Shown piece after piece: positions 17,455 through 26,326 of a stretch of 64,000 bases of DNA. The position numbers and the translations under genes were made by a program. The notes beneath the pieces are model-generated. The model was not told the DNA's origin and searched no databases. It saw only the letters and a list, made by a program, of their open reading frames with translations. The DNA is from an uncultured Candidatus Saccharibacteria bacterium (GTDB taxonomy: Bacteria > Patescibacteriota > UBA1384 > CAYGGE01). Position 1 is the first letter of the stretch. Each line of letters starts with the position of its first letter. Where the stretch lies: contig CAYGGE010000001.1 in the NCBI GenBank assembly GCA_964349485.1, forward strand, positions 142,212 through 206,211, given 5' to 3'.

Positions 17455-18122
17455 TAGATGACCACATTCTGGCCGGTTGCTTGGCCTTTAGCGAGATCGA
17501 TAACCGTCGTGGCGACATCTTCTGGCGTGGTAAGCCGACCTAACGGATTGAGGCGGACTTCAAGCTCAGCCATCTTTTCAGGTAGTGGAGCCGAAAACGC
17601 GTTTTGGACGTAGCGGGGCGAGACAGCGTTGACCTTGACGTTGAATCGTTCGAGCTCTTTCGATAGTGCCATGGTAAGGCCAAGCATGGCATATTTGCTT
17701 GTCACATAGTCCGCGAGATTGCTCGGCGGCGTGTCGGTTACGGCAGCGGAGAGGATATTGATAATTTGGCCATTCTGCTTGACTTTCATGCTTGGCAATA
17801 TGAGATTAGCTAGAACTACTCCGGTTTTCAGCTGGACATTGAGCTGATTGGCAAAATCGTCCCAAGTCTTGGTCTCAAAACTACCAGGTTTCAAAGGGGC
17901 ACTAATCGCATTGATTAGGATATCAACTGGACCATGGTCTGCGGTAACCTTGGCATGAAGGGTCTGAGCTTCAGTATCGTTTTGCAAGTCAGCCTGATAG
18001 TCGCCGATATCTAGGCCGTGGGCACAGACGATTGCTCCTTCTTTGGTGAAGGCCGTGCTAATTGCTGTACCGATGTTGCCGGTTCCGCCCAAGATCAAAA
18101 CTACCGCGTCTTTGAGTTTCAT
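17454..18122 (-). CDS. Short-chain dehydrogenase/reductase (FabG-like 3-oxoacyl-ACP reductase family)
   Basis: ILGGTGNIGTAI (TGxxxGxG) and YVTSKYAM (YxxxK). Confidence 0.8.
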   Translation of the reverse strand: MKLKDAVVLILGGTGNIGTAISTAFTKEGAIVCAHGLDIGDYQADLQNDTEAQTLHAKVTADHGPVDILINAISAPLKPGSFETKTWDDFANQLNVQLKTGVVLANLILPSMKVKQNGQIINILSAAVTDTPPSNLADYVTSKYAMLGLTMALSKELERFNVKVNAVSPRYVQNAFSAPLPEKMAELEVRLNPLGRLTTPEDVATTVIDLAKGQATGQNVVI

Positions 18123-18556
18123 TAGACACGCACCTTTACTTTAGCTAAACCGTCGACGATTAATTGCTGGTTATCGTCGACAACTGTAGTTTTTATGTCG
18201 ATCATGCGGGTGGCATCAGATTTGGCCATAACTTCACCTTGGATCTTGATTGATGAACCAAGCGGCAGTGGCCGGCGGAAGCGGAGATCCTGAGAAATAT
18301 AGAGACATTTTTCGCCTGGAATCAACATGCCGACTAAAGTTGAAAAGAGACTACCGAGCAACATGCCATGGACAATTCGACCGTTAAATTCTGTTGTATT
18401 GGCGAAGGCCTCGTCCATGTGCAATGGATTGCGGTCGCCAGTGAGCTCAGCGAATTGTTCGACTATCGACTCGGTAATCTCTCGTTCAAAGGAGAAAATA
18501 TCGCCGATAGTAATCGTTTCGTAAGTATGATGGTTAAGGGTAACTTGACTATTCAT
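18122..18556 (-). CDS. MaoC-like (R)-specific enoyl/hydroxyacyl dehydratase (hotdog fold)
   Basis: NPLHMDEAFANTTEFNGRIVHGMLLGS MaoC signature; 144 aa. Confidence 0.75.
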   Translation of the reverse strand: MNSQVTLNHHTYETITIGDIFSFEREITESIVEQFAELTGDRNPLHMDEAFANTTEFNGRIVHGMLLGSLFSTLVGMLIPGEKCLYISQDLRFRRPLPLGSSIKIQGEVMAKSDATRMIDIKTTVVDDNQQLIVDGLAKVKVRV

Positions 18557-18788
18557 GACCTAGCTCAACTCCATATTTCTTTAAGGCGGCGACAATATCG
18601 CCAACATTTTTAACTGCCATAATGTCGTCAACGGTAAAGCTGACGCCGAAACCTTTTTCTAATTCGGTAACTAGCAACAGTCCGTTAAACGAATCCCAGC
18701 TAGGGACATTTTGGGGACTGGTTTCGGGCGTGATCGCCGCTGGATCAATCGCTAATACGGTAGCCAGTATTTGACGGAGTTTATCCAT
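18549..18788 (-). CDS. acpP: Acyl carrier protein
   Basis: 79 aa, acidic, with the phosphopantetheine-site motif SWDSFNGLLLVTELE (DSx motif). Confidence 0.75.
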   Translation of the reverse strand: MDKLRQILATVLAIDPAAITPETSPQNVPSWDSFNGLLLVTELEKGFGVSFTVDDIMAVKNVGDIVAALKKYGVELGHE

Positions 18789-18790
18789 GC

Positions 18791-20443
18791 TTATCCTTCG
18801 ACAGTGACTTTAATGTATGGTGATTTAGTTGGCTCTTTACCTAGATCGAACTCATAGTTTTGGATCTCCCCTTCTTTATCAATAAGGGTGAAACCGGCGT
18901 CGGGAAGGGCGCTCACCGATGGTTTATTTTTAGTTGTGGGAATGAATTGCGCGGTCACTTTGTCTGCTTTCGCTTGTTTGGCCACGGCGAGAATGTGGTT
19001 GAAAAATGACTCTTCGATTCCCCGACCTAAAACACGGCAACTCATCAGGAAATTGGTTATCTCCCATACTTTACTACCTGGCTTTACCATGGCCACCCCA
19101 ACAATTCCGTAATCACCGAACACATCATGGGCTTCGAGGGTCCAGATTTTTTGGCCTTCTGCCAACAATCCTCTGACCTCTTCGACCGAATAGCGCCTTG
19201 TCATGAGATTAAACTGATTCGTCTTCTGGGTCAATTGGCTAATGCGAGCAATTGCTTCCGGCATGGCCGCTTTGATCGTAATCTCGAGTTTTAATTCTTT
19301 AATAAAGTGGTCAGTCGTTTTGAACTGCTGTTTAAATTCGGTCCGTTCCCGCTCCTTAACGTACATCTCACTCCGTTTCCGATCTTCATCGGTTAGGTGA
19401 AATTTAGTGAAGCCGGTATAATCGATAGCGTAATTTGGATGCAACACGGCGACTTCCGGTAGCGAGCTCCGCATCCGCTCGGCATTCCAATTGTCATCGT
19501 CAAACAAGACAAAGCTATCCAAGCCTAGGTTTAACTCATCGGCAAGTTCGGCAGTGTTGGCATCTTTATCTTGCCAATTGATTCGCCAAGCGGCGAAGTG
19601 GTGTTTTCGTAACAGCTGTTTCGGATGGTTTTCGATCGCTTCCATCGCATCGTCAAAATTGTTCTTACTATTAATCGTCAGGATGACACCAGTCTCGTAT
19701 AGATTTAGTATATGCTGTTGTAGTGGAATATTTGGTTTAATGCCGGTTAAGCCGTCTTCCCCAACCACACCCTCCCAAAGTGTATTGTCTAGGTCGAGGA
19801 GTAGACATTTCTTACTATTGCCCGCGGTAGCCACAGCGTAACCCAGAACTACCTCGGCCAGATCAGGAAAGGCTTGCGGGGCCAGGCGCAAATCACCGAG
19901 CTCTTTGTATTTGGTATACCAGAATTCCTTTATACCGATATTGTTAATAAAGGACACAAAATCTAAGACGTGAACTGACTCTCGGTTTTTGGTTAGGGCT
20001 TGCAGGCTGGCATTTAACTTGTCTGACTCAAAGAAATTAGCGATGACGATCTGGGCTGTTGTCCTGGCAGCTAATTGATCGATCAGTTCAATCATATGAT
20101 CCTCGCTCAGTATATCCGGTCGATCAAGTAGTAGGTAAATGATCTGGGGTATAAATTGATAGAGCTGGCTACTTGGGTTGGTGATCTCTTGGTTGAATTG
20201 GTTATAGGGCGCAGTGTAACATTCAATCGCTAAGTTATGGAAAATGCCTCGTCCTCTGACAGTCTCCGGTAAGCTAGTGATGGTGTAGCTGCTCAAAAAA
20301 GCCGCACGGAGTGTCCGGACATAGGTAGGGAGTTCGTTGATGTGCTGGTTGAGCTCAGTGCCACAAGCTAAATACTCACCGGCTGTGCTTTGCCGGTCAT
20401 TAACTAGTGCCCCAACTTTTTTCTGTAATTCATGAAATGTCAT
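18791..20443 (-). CDS. FkbH-like HAD-superfamily (subfamily IIIC) phosphatase domain protein with a C-terminal GNAT-like domain
   Basis: CLLLDLDNTLWEGVVGEDG (HAD motif I, DxDxT, in FkbH-like context). C-terminal FNLMTRRY...VLGRGIEE has GNAT-like signatures. 550 aa. Confidence 0.65.
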   Translation of the reverse strand: MTFHELQKKVGALVNDRQSTAGEYLACGTELNQHINELPTYVRTLRAAFLSSYTITSLPETVRGRGIFHNLAIECYTAPYNQFNQEITNPSSQLYQFIPQIIYLLLDRPDILSEDHMIELIDQLAARTTAQIVIANFFESDKLNASLQALTKNRESVHVLDFVSFINNIGIKEFWYTKYKELGDLRLAPQAFPDLAEVVLGYAVATAGNSKKCLLLDLDNTLWEGVVGEDGLTGIKPNIPLQQHILNLYETGVILTINSKNNFDDAMEAIENHPKQLLRKHHFAAWRINWQDKDANTAELADELNLGLDSFVLFDDDNWNAERMRSSLPEVAVLHPNYAIDYTGFTKFHLTDEDRKRSEMYVKERERTEFKQQFKTTDHFIKELKLEITIKAAMPEAIARISQLTQKTNQFNLMTRRYSVEEVRGLLAEGQKIWTLEAHDVFGDYGIVGVAMVKPGSKVWEITNFLMSCRVLGRGIEESFFNHILAVAKQAKADKVTAQFIPTTKNKPSVSALPDAGFTLIDKEGEIQNYEFDLGKEPTKSPYIKVTVEG

Positions 20444-20760
20444 GGGATGATCACTATTGCTACTGCTATCTGCTGATTGTGACTAATACTGAGCGTTGCA
20501 TTGTCGATATTGATTTGGGGAGCACCATCGGGCTTGTGACTGATATCGAAGTTGAGCATCTTATCTACTCCTACTTTGCCAGTAGCCTTCATGGCCGCTT
20601 CTTTGGCGGCGAAGTAGCCGGCTAGATGCTCGGCCACGCTACTGTCACGAAAGGCCTCTTGCCACTCGGATTTGGTAAAGACGTGTTTCCAATGCTCGTA
20701 ATCCTCTTGATTAATTGTCTGAAATTTCGTGACGGCGACCAGATCGATCCCAACCTGCAT
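20440..20760 (-). CDS. acpS: Holo-ACP synthase (4'-phosphopantetheinyl transferase, AcpS type)
   Basis: 106 aa beginning MQVGIDLVAV..., the size and motif of AcpS. ATGA-coupled. Confidence 0.7.
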   Translation of the reverse strand: MQVGIDLVAVTKFQTINQEDYEHWKHVFTKSEWQEAFRDSSVAEHLAGYFAAKEAAMKATGKVGVDKMLNFDISHKPDGAPQINIDNATLSISHNQQIAVAIVIIP

Positions 20761-21710
20761 TAGGCCCCCTTAATCGTGTTCAGATAATCACGTAGATCAT
20801 TGGTGTCATAGCGAGGGATAAGATATCGTTCATCGGTCGGTGTTATTGATCGTCGCTCGATTGTCACCGCTGCCTCAAAGCCAAGATCGGGTAGCAGATT
20901 TAGACAGATATTATTAGAACGACCATGCGGATATGACAAGACAGTCGGTCGCTTGCCGATAATTTCAGCCAGTAGTGTTGACGCCGTAGAGAGATCGTGA
21001 CGAAGGAAGTCTGCATCTTTGTGTTCAAGCGGTGAGTGTAGGTGAGTATGATTCTCGACAAAAAAACCGTCAGTGTCTAATTGTTTAATCTGATCATGAT
21101 TCATGAAAAGCTCTTTGTTAATTATCGCTTCGTCTAAATTAAGTTGATCGAATAACCGTCGTAAAAAATGATCACGGACTTCGTCGGGTAGTAGGCTCAT
21201 TGTCTCTTTGAAATTGGCTGGCAGGGTCTCGTCATTCATTCGGCGTGTGGTAATGCGGTGGTCTTTGGGGATCGTGAACTGGGTTAACTGATCTGGATAA
21301 TTTTTTGATAGAAAGTCATTGAAACGATCAATCAGTGCATCGGCTGATAAGCGTGACATGACTTCGTGTGCCTTGTGGGCGTCAGGGACGACACCGGAAA
21401 GAGTATTGGTAATAATAAAGAAAGTGGCGGTTGCACGGTACTTCTTGAGGATTGGCAAGGCGTGGATATATTGATCAAGTAAACCGTCGTCGAATGTTAT
21501 GGCACAAAGTTTCTCCGCTAGCTGATTACGGGCAGCGTCAATAGTTTCTGTTACCGAAACGAATCGGTAACTTTTGGCTATAAAAGCGATCTGTCGATCA
21601 AACTCGGCAACAGCGCATGGATGAATACCTGCCTTATCCGGACGCTTATCCTCGACGTAGTGGTAATTAATGCAGATCTGCTTAGCGGTTGGATCAAAGT
21701 TCATGGGCAT
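20760..21710 (-). CDS. Polysaccharide deacetylase (NodB homology domain, CE4)
   Basis: ITFDDGLLDQYIHALPILKKYRATATFFI (TFDDG motif) ... SYPHGRS. First gene of the operon. A TTGACA-18-TAGTAT promoter and AAAGGA RBS lie upstream on the minus strand. Confidence 0.75.
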   Translation of the reverse strand: MPMNFDPTAKQICINYHYVEDKRPDKAGIHPCAVAEFDRQIAFIAKSYRFVSVTETIDAARNQLAEKLCAITFDDGLLDQYIHALPILKKYRATATFFIITNTLSGVVPDAHKAHEVMSRLSADALIDRFNDFLSKNYPDQLTQFTIPKDHRITTRRMNDETLPANFKETMSLLPDEVRDHFLRRLFDQLNLDEAIINKELFMNHDQIKQLDTDGFFVENHTHLHSPLEHKDADFLRHDLSTASTLLAEIIGKRPTVLSYPHGRSNNICLNLLPDLGFEAAVTIERRSITPTDERYLIPRYDTNDLRDYLNTIKGA

Positions 21711-21924
21711 AGTCCTTTAGTCTTGTGTAACCACATACTACTGGAGCATGCTTGAACCTGTCAAGGATATTTTTACAAGGCATCTATAGTTTTTGAACAA
21801 AGTTTACATATCCAGCCTCCAGGTTGGAAGCGGCCGTTGTGATAGTATGCAGAGTTGTTCTGGTCAAATTTAGGATACCTTAAAAAGACATTATGCCACA
21901 AGACGCAGTACTACATTCAAAACA

Positions 21925-22299
21925 TTAATTGATCGGTTTAATCGTAAAGTCTTTTCTGGTGGTCTGGCCCTTCTTGTCGATCACAATATCTTGGGAAGAA
22001 CCGTCAACGGTCTGATACCACTTATCATCCTTTTGAAAACGGACAGGTAGCCCACCTGTGGCCATGGTCACAATTTCGTACTTGCCGTTGGCAAAGGTTT
22101 TAACGCCTACACCACCGATACTGACTAAGACATTGGCCATCGGCTTACCAGTATCGCTCAGAATCGTACCACTGACTACGGTAAAATCTTTCTGGACTGT
22201 GATGACATCGGCTTTCACATAGCGCTGGTAATAGATGTACGAAGCAGCAGCGATAAGTACCACGAAAGCTAGTGGAATGACGATTGAAGTTCGTTTCAT
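21925..22299 (-). CDS. Small signal-anchored protein with a carboxypeptidase-regulatory-like (CarbopepD_reg) beta-sandwich domain
   Basis: TM MKRTSIVIPLAFVVLIAAASYIYY followed by TILSDTGKPMANVLVSIGGVGVKTFANGKYEI. GGAGG RBS. Lies directly downstream of the 964-aa protein. Confidence 0.4.
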   Translation of the reverse strand: MKRTSIVIPLAFVVLIAAASYIYYQRYVKADVITVQKDFTVVSGTILSDTGKPMANVLVSIGGVGVKTFANGKYEIVTMATGGLPVRFQKDDKWYQTVDGSSQDIVIDKKGQTTRKDFTIKPIN

Positions 22300-22301
22300 G
22301 T

Positions 22302-25196
22302 CTACCTCCCCGCCGGTATTAAGACGGCATCGATAACAATTTTGTTACGACCGGTGATATATACTTGTTGGGTAGAGTTGGCGTAGCCTATCTTCGAGAT
22401 AGTGACAGTATAAGGCCCTGGTTTAAGGTTCTTGAAAGTTGCTTGCGTTCCACTAGCTGACGTTGTGGCCCCGTCTTCGTCGGCAGATGTATCTGCAGGT
22501 CCAGCTTCGACGGCAGTGTTTGCGGTCAACGCTTGCTGGTCGGTGGCAGCAGTCGACAGAATTCGTACAGAAGCCCCAGCAATCTCCTTGCCTAGGGCCG
22601 CTGGGTTAGTTCCCCCAGGCTCAAAGGCCCGGACTGTTGCGGTATATTTGCGACTTGCTGGATCGAATAGATCAGCGTTGCTGGCTAAATTAAGATTAAT
22701 TTCGGCATTATCACCGTAGCCACGAGTGAAAACCGTCTCGACTACATGCTTTTTATTGTAGGCGAAGTTGGTGATGCCGCTATAGGTTGCGTTTCCCCGG
22801 ACTGGCTTAAAGTAGCGGACAAGGTCCTGGGTTGTGGGAAACGCTTCACCTCGCCAAGTATTGTAAAACGAACTGTTAGCAGGGCCCGCAAACTCAATTG
22901 GTAGGTAGCCGATGCCGTTAGCTGGGAAAATAGACTGGCGGGTATTGTTGGGTGAAGCGACTGCTAGTAGCATGCCATCTTGGTTTAAGCCAGCGAAATG
23001 ATAGCGACCTTGGCTGTCTGTAATGTCCACAAACTCCTTAAAACCACTACCTTGGCTTGATCGGGAGAAATTTAAGGCACGCACCGTCACACCGGCTACA
23101 GGTTGATTATTTCGAGTGATTACACCAGTGAGTGTGTTGGCGGGAGCGGTGATCGGTACCGGGTTCACGTCGATACTGAGGTAATTGCCAGAGGAGTAGG
23201 TGTATGTACTAAGCGGTGGGGATGTGATAGTTTTGCTACCACTATGCCAGATGAAATCTCCCGTCGACTTGGCGTTTATAATTATTGGCTTGCTCGTATC
23301 ATTGAGTATAGTAGCGAAAAAAACACCGGCAGAGAATCTATCGGTCTGACTAATCGAATAGGCAACTTCATTAGGGTTGGTAGTGCCGCTACCGAAACTG
23401 ATCATCCGACCATAGCCACCACGTAGGGGTACTGGGGGAAAATCGGTGTCACTCGCATTGTAGATAATCGCTCCGGCAAGTGGTACACGACTTTGGTTAT
23501 TTGAGCCTGCATTGTAAACACGACCATAAAACTCCTGGGTCTCATAATTACGAGTTAACTCTTGCCCAGGTTGAGTAAACTTGATGTACGCAAACTGAGA
23601 TGGCAATGAGCCAGATTGTAACCAGCTTTCTTTGACACCATTATCGAACATTTCATTTTCAATAAAGTATATACGATATGATTCGTTCAAGACTGTTGGT
23701 ATATCGGGAATCGAATATTGGCCTGTCACTGAGTTCGCATAGCCAGTTGCCAGAACAAGTGAATCTTTCTTCAAGATAACGCGAGTATTTTTAGGTCCTG
23801 TGCCACTTATCTTTGATTTGGCGCCTACGTACATCGAAATCGTATCTGCCTGATTGTCGCCGGCCTTCAAACTAGCAAACGAAGTGTAGGTTGACATGTG
23901 AGTTGGTGATCGAAAAATCAGGGTATAGGGCTGACCTTCGGCTGCACCGGTAATCGCGTATGAACCAGTTGCATCGGTTGTTGCCACAAGCTCAAGGGTT
24001 GATTGATAGTGATGATTTAACTGGCGAAAAACCTGGACTCCAGGAAGTGCCGCTTTCGTCAGTCCATCAATCGTTTCACCTTTTATCACCGCGGTTTTAG
24101 GGGCCGTTGAGGGATCGATGTACCGTGTTGTAATATTTAATGAGTTCAGTTTTGTTGGATCGGGAGTGAAATCTGACAAGGCTTGGACTGGTTTGGTGCC
24201 AGGGGGACTATAGTAACCAGGTGCAGGATACCTTACAGACACCGCAGTTGGTTTATTTTTCTCATGACCGATGAAGATATCGTATTTGCCATCAGTGTTG
24301 GTTGTTAATAGATCAACAAGTCCACCTGCATCTAAACTATAGAGCCTTGATGTAACATTGAACTTTGATGTTACTGTTTGAATTGCAGCGCTCGACAGCG
24401 TTCCGCTTTCGTCGGGCAGTAAGACTTTGCCCGATACTCGGCTAATTGCTGAAGCAACTTTCAATACACCAGTGTTAGCCGCAACTGAACTAGTATCAAA
24501 ATTAGCGATTACGAAATCTTTACCAAAGCTCGATCCATCACCAGAACGCCAACGGAAGAAAGCAGTATATTCACCATCCGGCAGATCGGCGACCGAATAG
24601 GTCATTTTATTTTGATTCGGTCTGCTGGCTTGAGCCGAAAAACCAACAAGGCCGTCTGAGCTTTCAATCAGGATGTGTGGCTGCCACTGTTCCATGGCAG
24701 TTACCAATAGGCTGTCACTGTACTCAATCGTTCCTTCTAGATTAATTGGTACACCGGGGTTTAGGCCAATCTCGCCGATATCCTTTAATTGGTCTCTGAC
24801 TGCAAATCCAGTCGGCACAATACTAGCTCGATAATTTGCCCCACCAACTTTGAGATTGGTTCCTGTTGTAAAAGGTATAGAACTACCGGTCTGGAGGATA
24901 GTCACACTAAAGCTAAAATTGCCCTGCGCATCGGCGGTTACGGTCTTAGCGTTGCCATTTGTGTTAGCACCTTCTGGCTGCAAGGTCCCCAATGGACCAG
25001 TTGCTACGTAGCTATACGACTTGCCGTAGGTGACAACTGCGCCGGGGATCGGCTGTCTAGTCGCTGAATTGACCACCCGTCCCTTGAAGCTAAAAACGTT
25101 TCGGCTGGTTGTCTGTTGGGCTACAGTCGATTCAACACCGAGCGAACTTAAACTGAGTACAGTGGCCAGTATGAGCAAGGAAAATTTCTGAATCAT
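22302..25196 (-). CDS. Large secreted cell-surface protein with repeated carboxypeptidase-regulatory-like / Cna-B-like beta-sandwich domains
   Basis: Signal peptide MIQKFSLLILATVLSLSSLG. Repeats like GRVVNSATRQPIPGAVVTYGK and ITGAAEGQPYTLIF. GGAGGGG RBS and a TTGACA-17-TACGAT promoter on the minus strand upstream. Confidence 0.6.
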   Translation of the reverse strand: MIQKFSLLILATVLSLSSLGVESTVAQQTTSRNVFSFKGRVVNSATRQPIPGAVVTYGKSYSYVATGPLGTLQPEGANTNGNAKTVTADAQGNFSFSVTILQTGSSIPFTTGTNLKVGGANYRASIVPTGFAVRDQLKDIGEIGLNPGVPINLEGTIEYSDSLLVTAMEQWQPHILIESSDGLVGFSAQASRPNQNKMTYSVADLPDGEYTAFFRWRSGDGSSFGKDFVIANFDTSSVAANTGVLKVASAISRVSGKVLLPDESGTLSSAAIQTVTSKFNVTSRLYSLDAGGLVDLLTTNTDGKYDIFIGHEKNKPTAVSVRYPAPGYYSPPGTKPVQALSDFTPDPTKLNSLNITTRYIDPSTAPKTAVIKGETIDGLTKAALPGVQVFRQLNHHYQSTLELVATTDATGSYAITGAAEGQPYTLIFRSPTHMSTYTSFASLKAGDNQADTISMYVGAKSKISGTGPKNTRVILKKDSLVLATGYANSVTGQYSIPDIPTVLNESYRIYFIENEMFDNGVKESWLQSGSLPSQFAYIKFTQPGQELTRNYETQEFYGRVYNAGSNNQSRVPLAGAIIYNASDTDFPPVPLRGGYGRMISFGSGTTNPNEVAYSISQTDRFSAGVFFATILNDTSKPIIINAKSTGDFIWHSGSKTITSPPLSTYTYSSGNYLSIDVNPVPITAPANTLTGVITRNNQPVAGVTVRALNFSRSSQGSGFKEFVDITDSQGRYHFAGLNQDGMLLAVASPNNTRQSIFPANGIGYLPIEFAGPANSSFYNTWRGEAFPTTQDLVRYFKPVRGNATYSGITNFAYNKKHVVETVFTRGYGDNAEINLNLASNADLFDPASRKYTATVRAFEPGGTNPAALGKEIAGASVRILSTAATDQQALTANTAVEAGPADTSADEDGATTSASGTQATFKNLKPGPYTVTISKIGYANSTQQVYITGRNKIVIDAVLIPAGR

Positions 25197-25573
25197 GTCC
25201 CCTCCGCTACAATGAATTGTATCTTGATCGTATCTCTTGTTTACCAGGCTGTCAAACGCCGACGATCTCTACTTGGGAATTTATTCGCTTATAATGGCCA
25301 GGCGACAAATTGATTGTATACCTTTGCCAACTCCCTCTCAATTACTTTGTCAGAATAAAAAAATCCCTCTGTAGAGGGCATCTTATTTGGCGCACGATAA
25401 GGAAACTTGTTTACACCCACTACTTGAGGAGATACGTCGCTGGAGAAACTTGCTTTCAACAGAGTATGAAAAGTATAAGTACACAGGTTTAACCTAGTCC
25501 CAAGAGTAACTAACACACGTATCGCCTGCTCTCTAGCGTAGTCATGTATCCTCAAGAGGAGTATAGTTGGTTT

Positions 25574-26134
25574 ATGCAAAAAGAAGGACCTATGGTCGAC
25601 CAAAATACTGAGTTAGAAGCTCAGACGGAACGTATCGTTGTGCCAACGCGCGAACAATACCCCGAAATAGTTGACGTTATTAACTCTGAAGCCGACCTCT
25701 ATCAGGTTGTTTTTACGGCCGATGAGCTCGAATCTTTAGAGGTTGGTGATTTTAGTGTGGAGGAGCTCATTGCAGGAGAAGCAACACGTAACTATCTCAT
25801 CCTAGAAATAGACGGCACTGTGACAGGCTTTAGTTCCTGGTATCAGAAGAACGATAAAGTTGCTTGGTTGAGTATGCTCCATGTTTCGTCGGATCACCAA
25901 GGAAAGGGTGTTGGCACAAAACTTCTCTTGGCCGTTGAAGGCTGCGTAAAGCAACTGGGCCTTTCAGCGCTAGCATTAGAAGCTCAGCGAAAAGCAGAGT
26001 GGGCTGTCGGCTTCTACCTAAAACGCGGCTATAGCATTCTTAATTGGGAGGATCTCAATACTGAGCCTTATATAGGAACTCTTAATAAACTACCAGTTGA
26101 AGCTACGCATGTATTTGGAAAAGTTCTCGAATAA
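25574..26134 (+). CDS. GNAT family N-acetyltransferase
   Basis: LHVSSDHQGKGVGTKLLLAVE (GNAT motif A). The start is ambiguous: ATGs at 25544, 25574 and 25592, with AGAGGAG upstream of 25574. Confidence 0.65.
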   Translation: MQKEGPMVDQNTELEAQTERIVVPTREQYPEIVDVINSEADLYQVVFTADELESLEVGDFSVEELIAGEATRNYLILEIDGTVTGFSSWYQKNDKVAWLSMLHVSSDHQGKGVGTKLLLAVEGCVKQLGLSALALEAQRKAEWAVGFYLKRGYSILNWEDLNTEPYIGTLNKLPVEATHVFGKVLE

Positions 26135-26189
26135 CTAAAAAGTCCGAACTTCGTCTAGGGTAGGCGTCATTCGAACCTGCTAAATTCAT

Positions 26190-26265
26190 TGGCGCGCTTG
26201 GAGGGAGTTGAACCCCCGACCTACTGCTCCGCAAGCAGTCGCTCTATCCACTGAGCTACAAGCGC
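26190..26265 (-). tRNA. tRNA-Arg, anticodon GCG by manual fold; 76 nt, CCA encoded
   Basis: The reverse complement folds as acceptor GCGCTTG/CAAGCGC, D-arm GCTC-AGTGGATA-GAGC (A20), anticodon stem ACTGC/GCAGT, loop TTGCGGA, T-arm GGGGG-TTCAACT-CCCTC, discriminator G, CCA. Confidence 0.7.
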
Positions 26266-26326
26266 ATATATAGAAAATCAAAATCCAACGTGCAATGACA
26301 AAAGTCTGGTGTCCGCCTCGGAGTAT

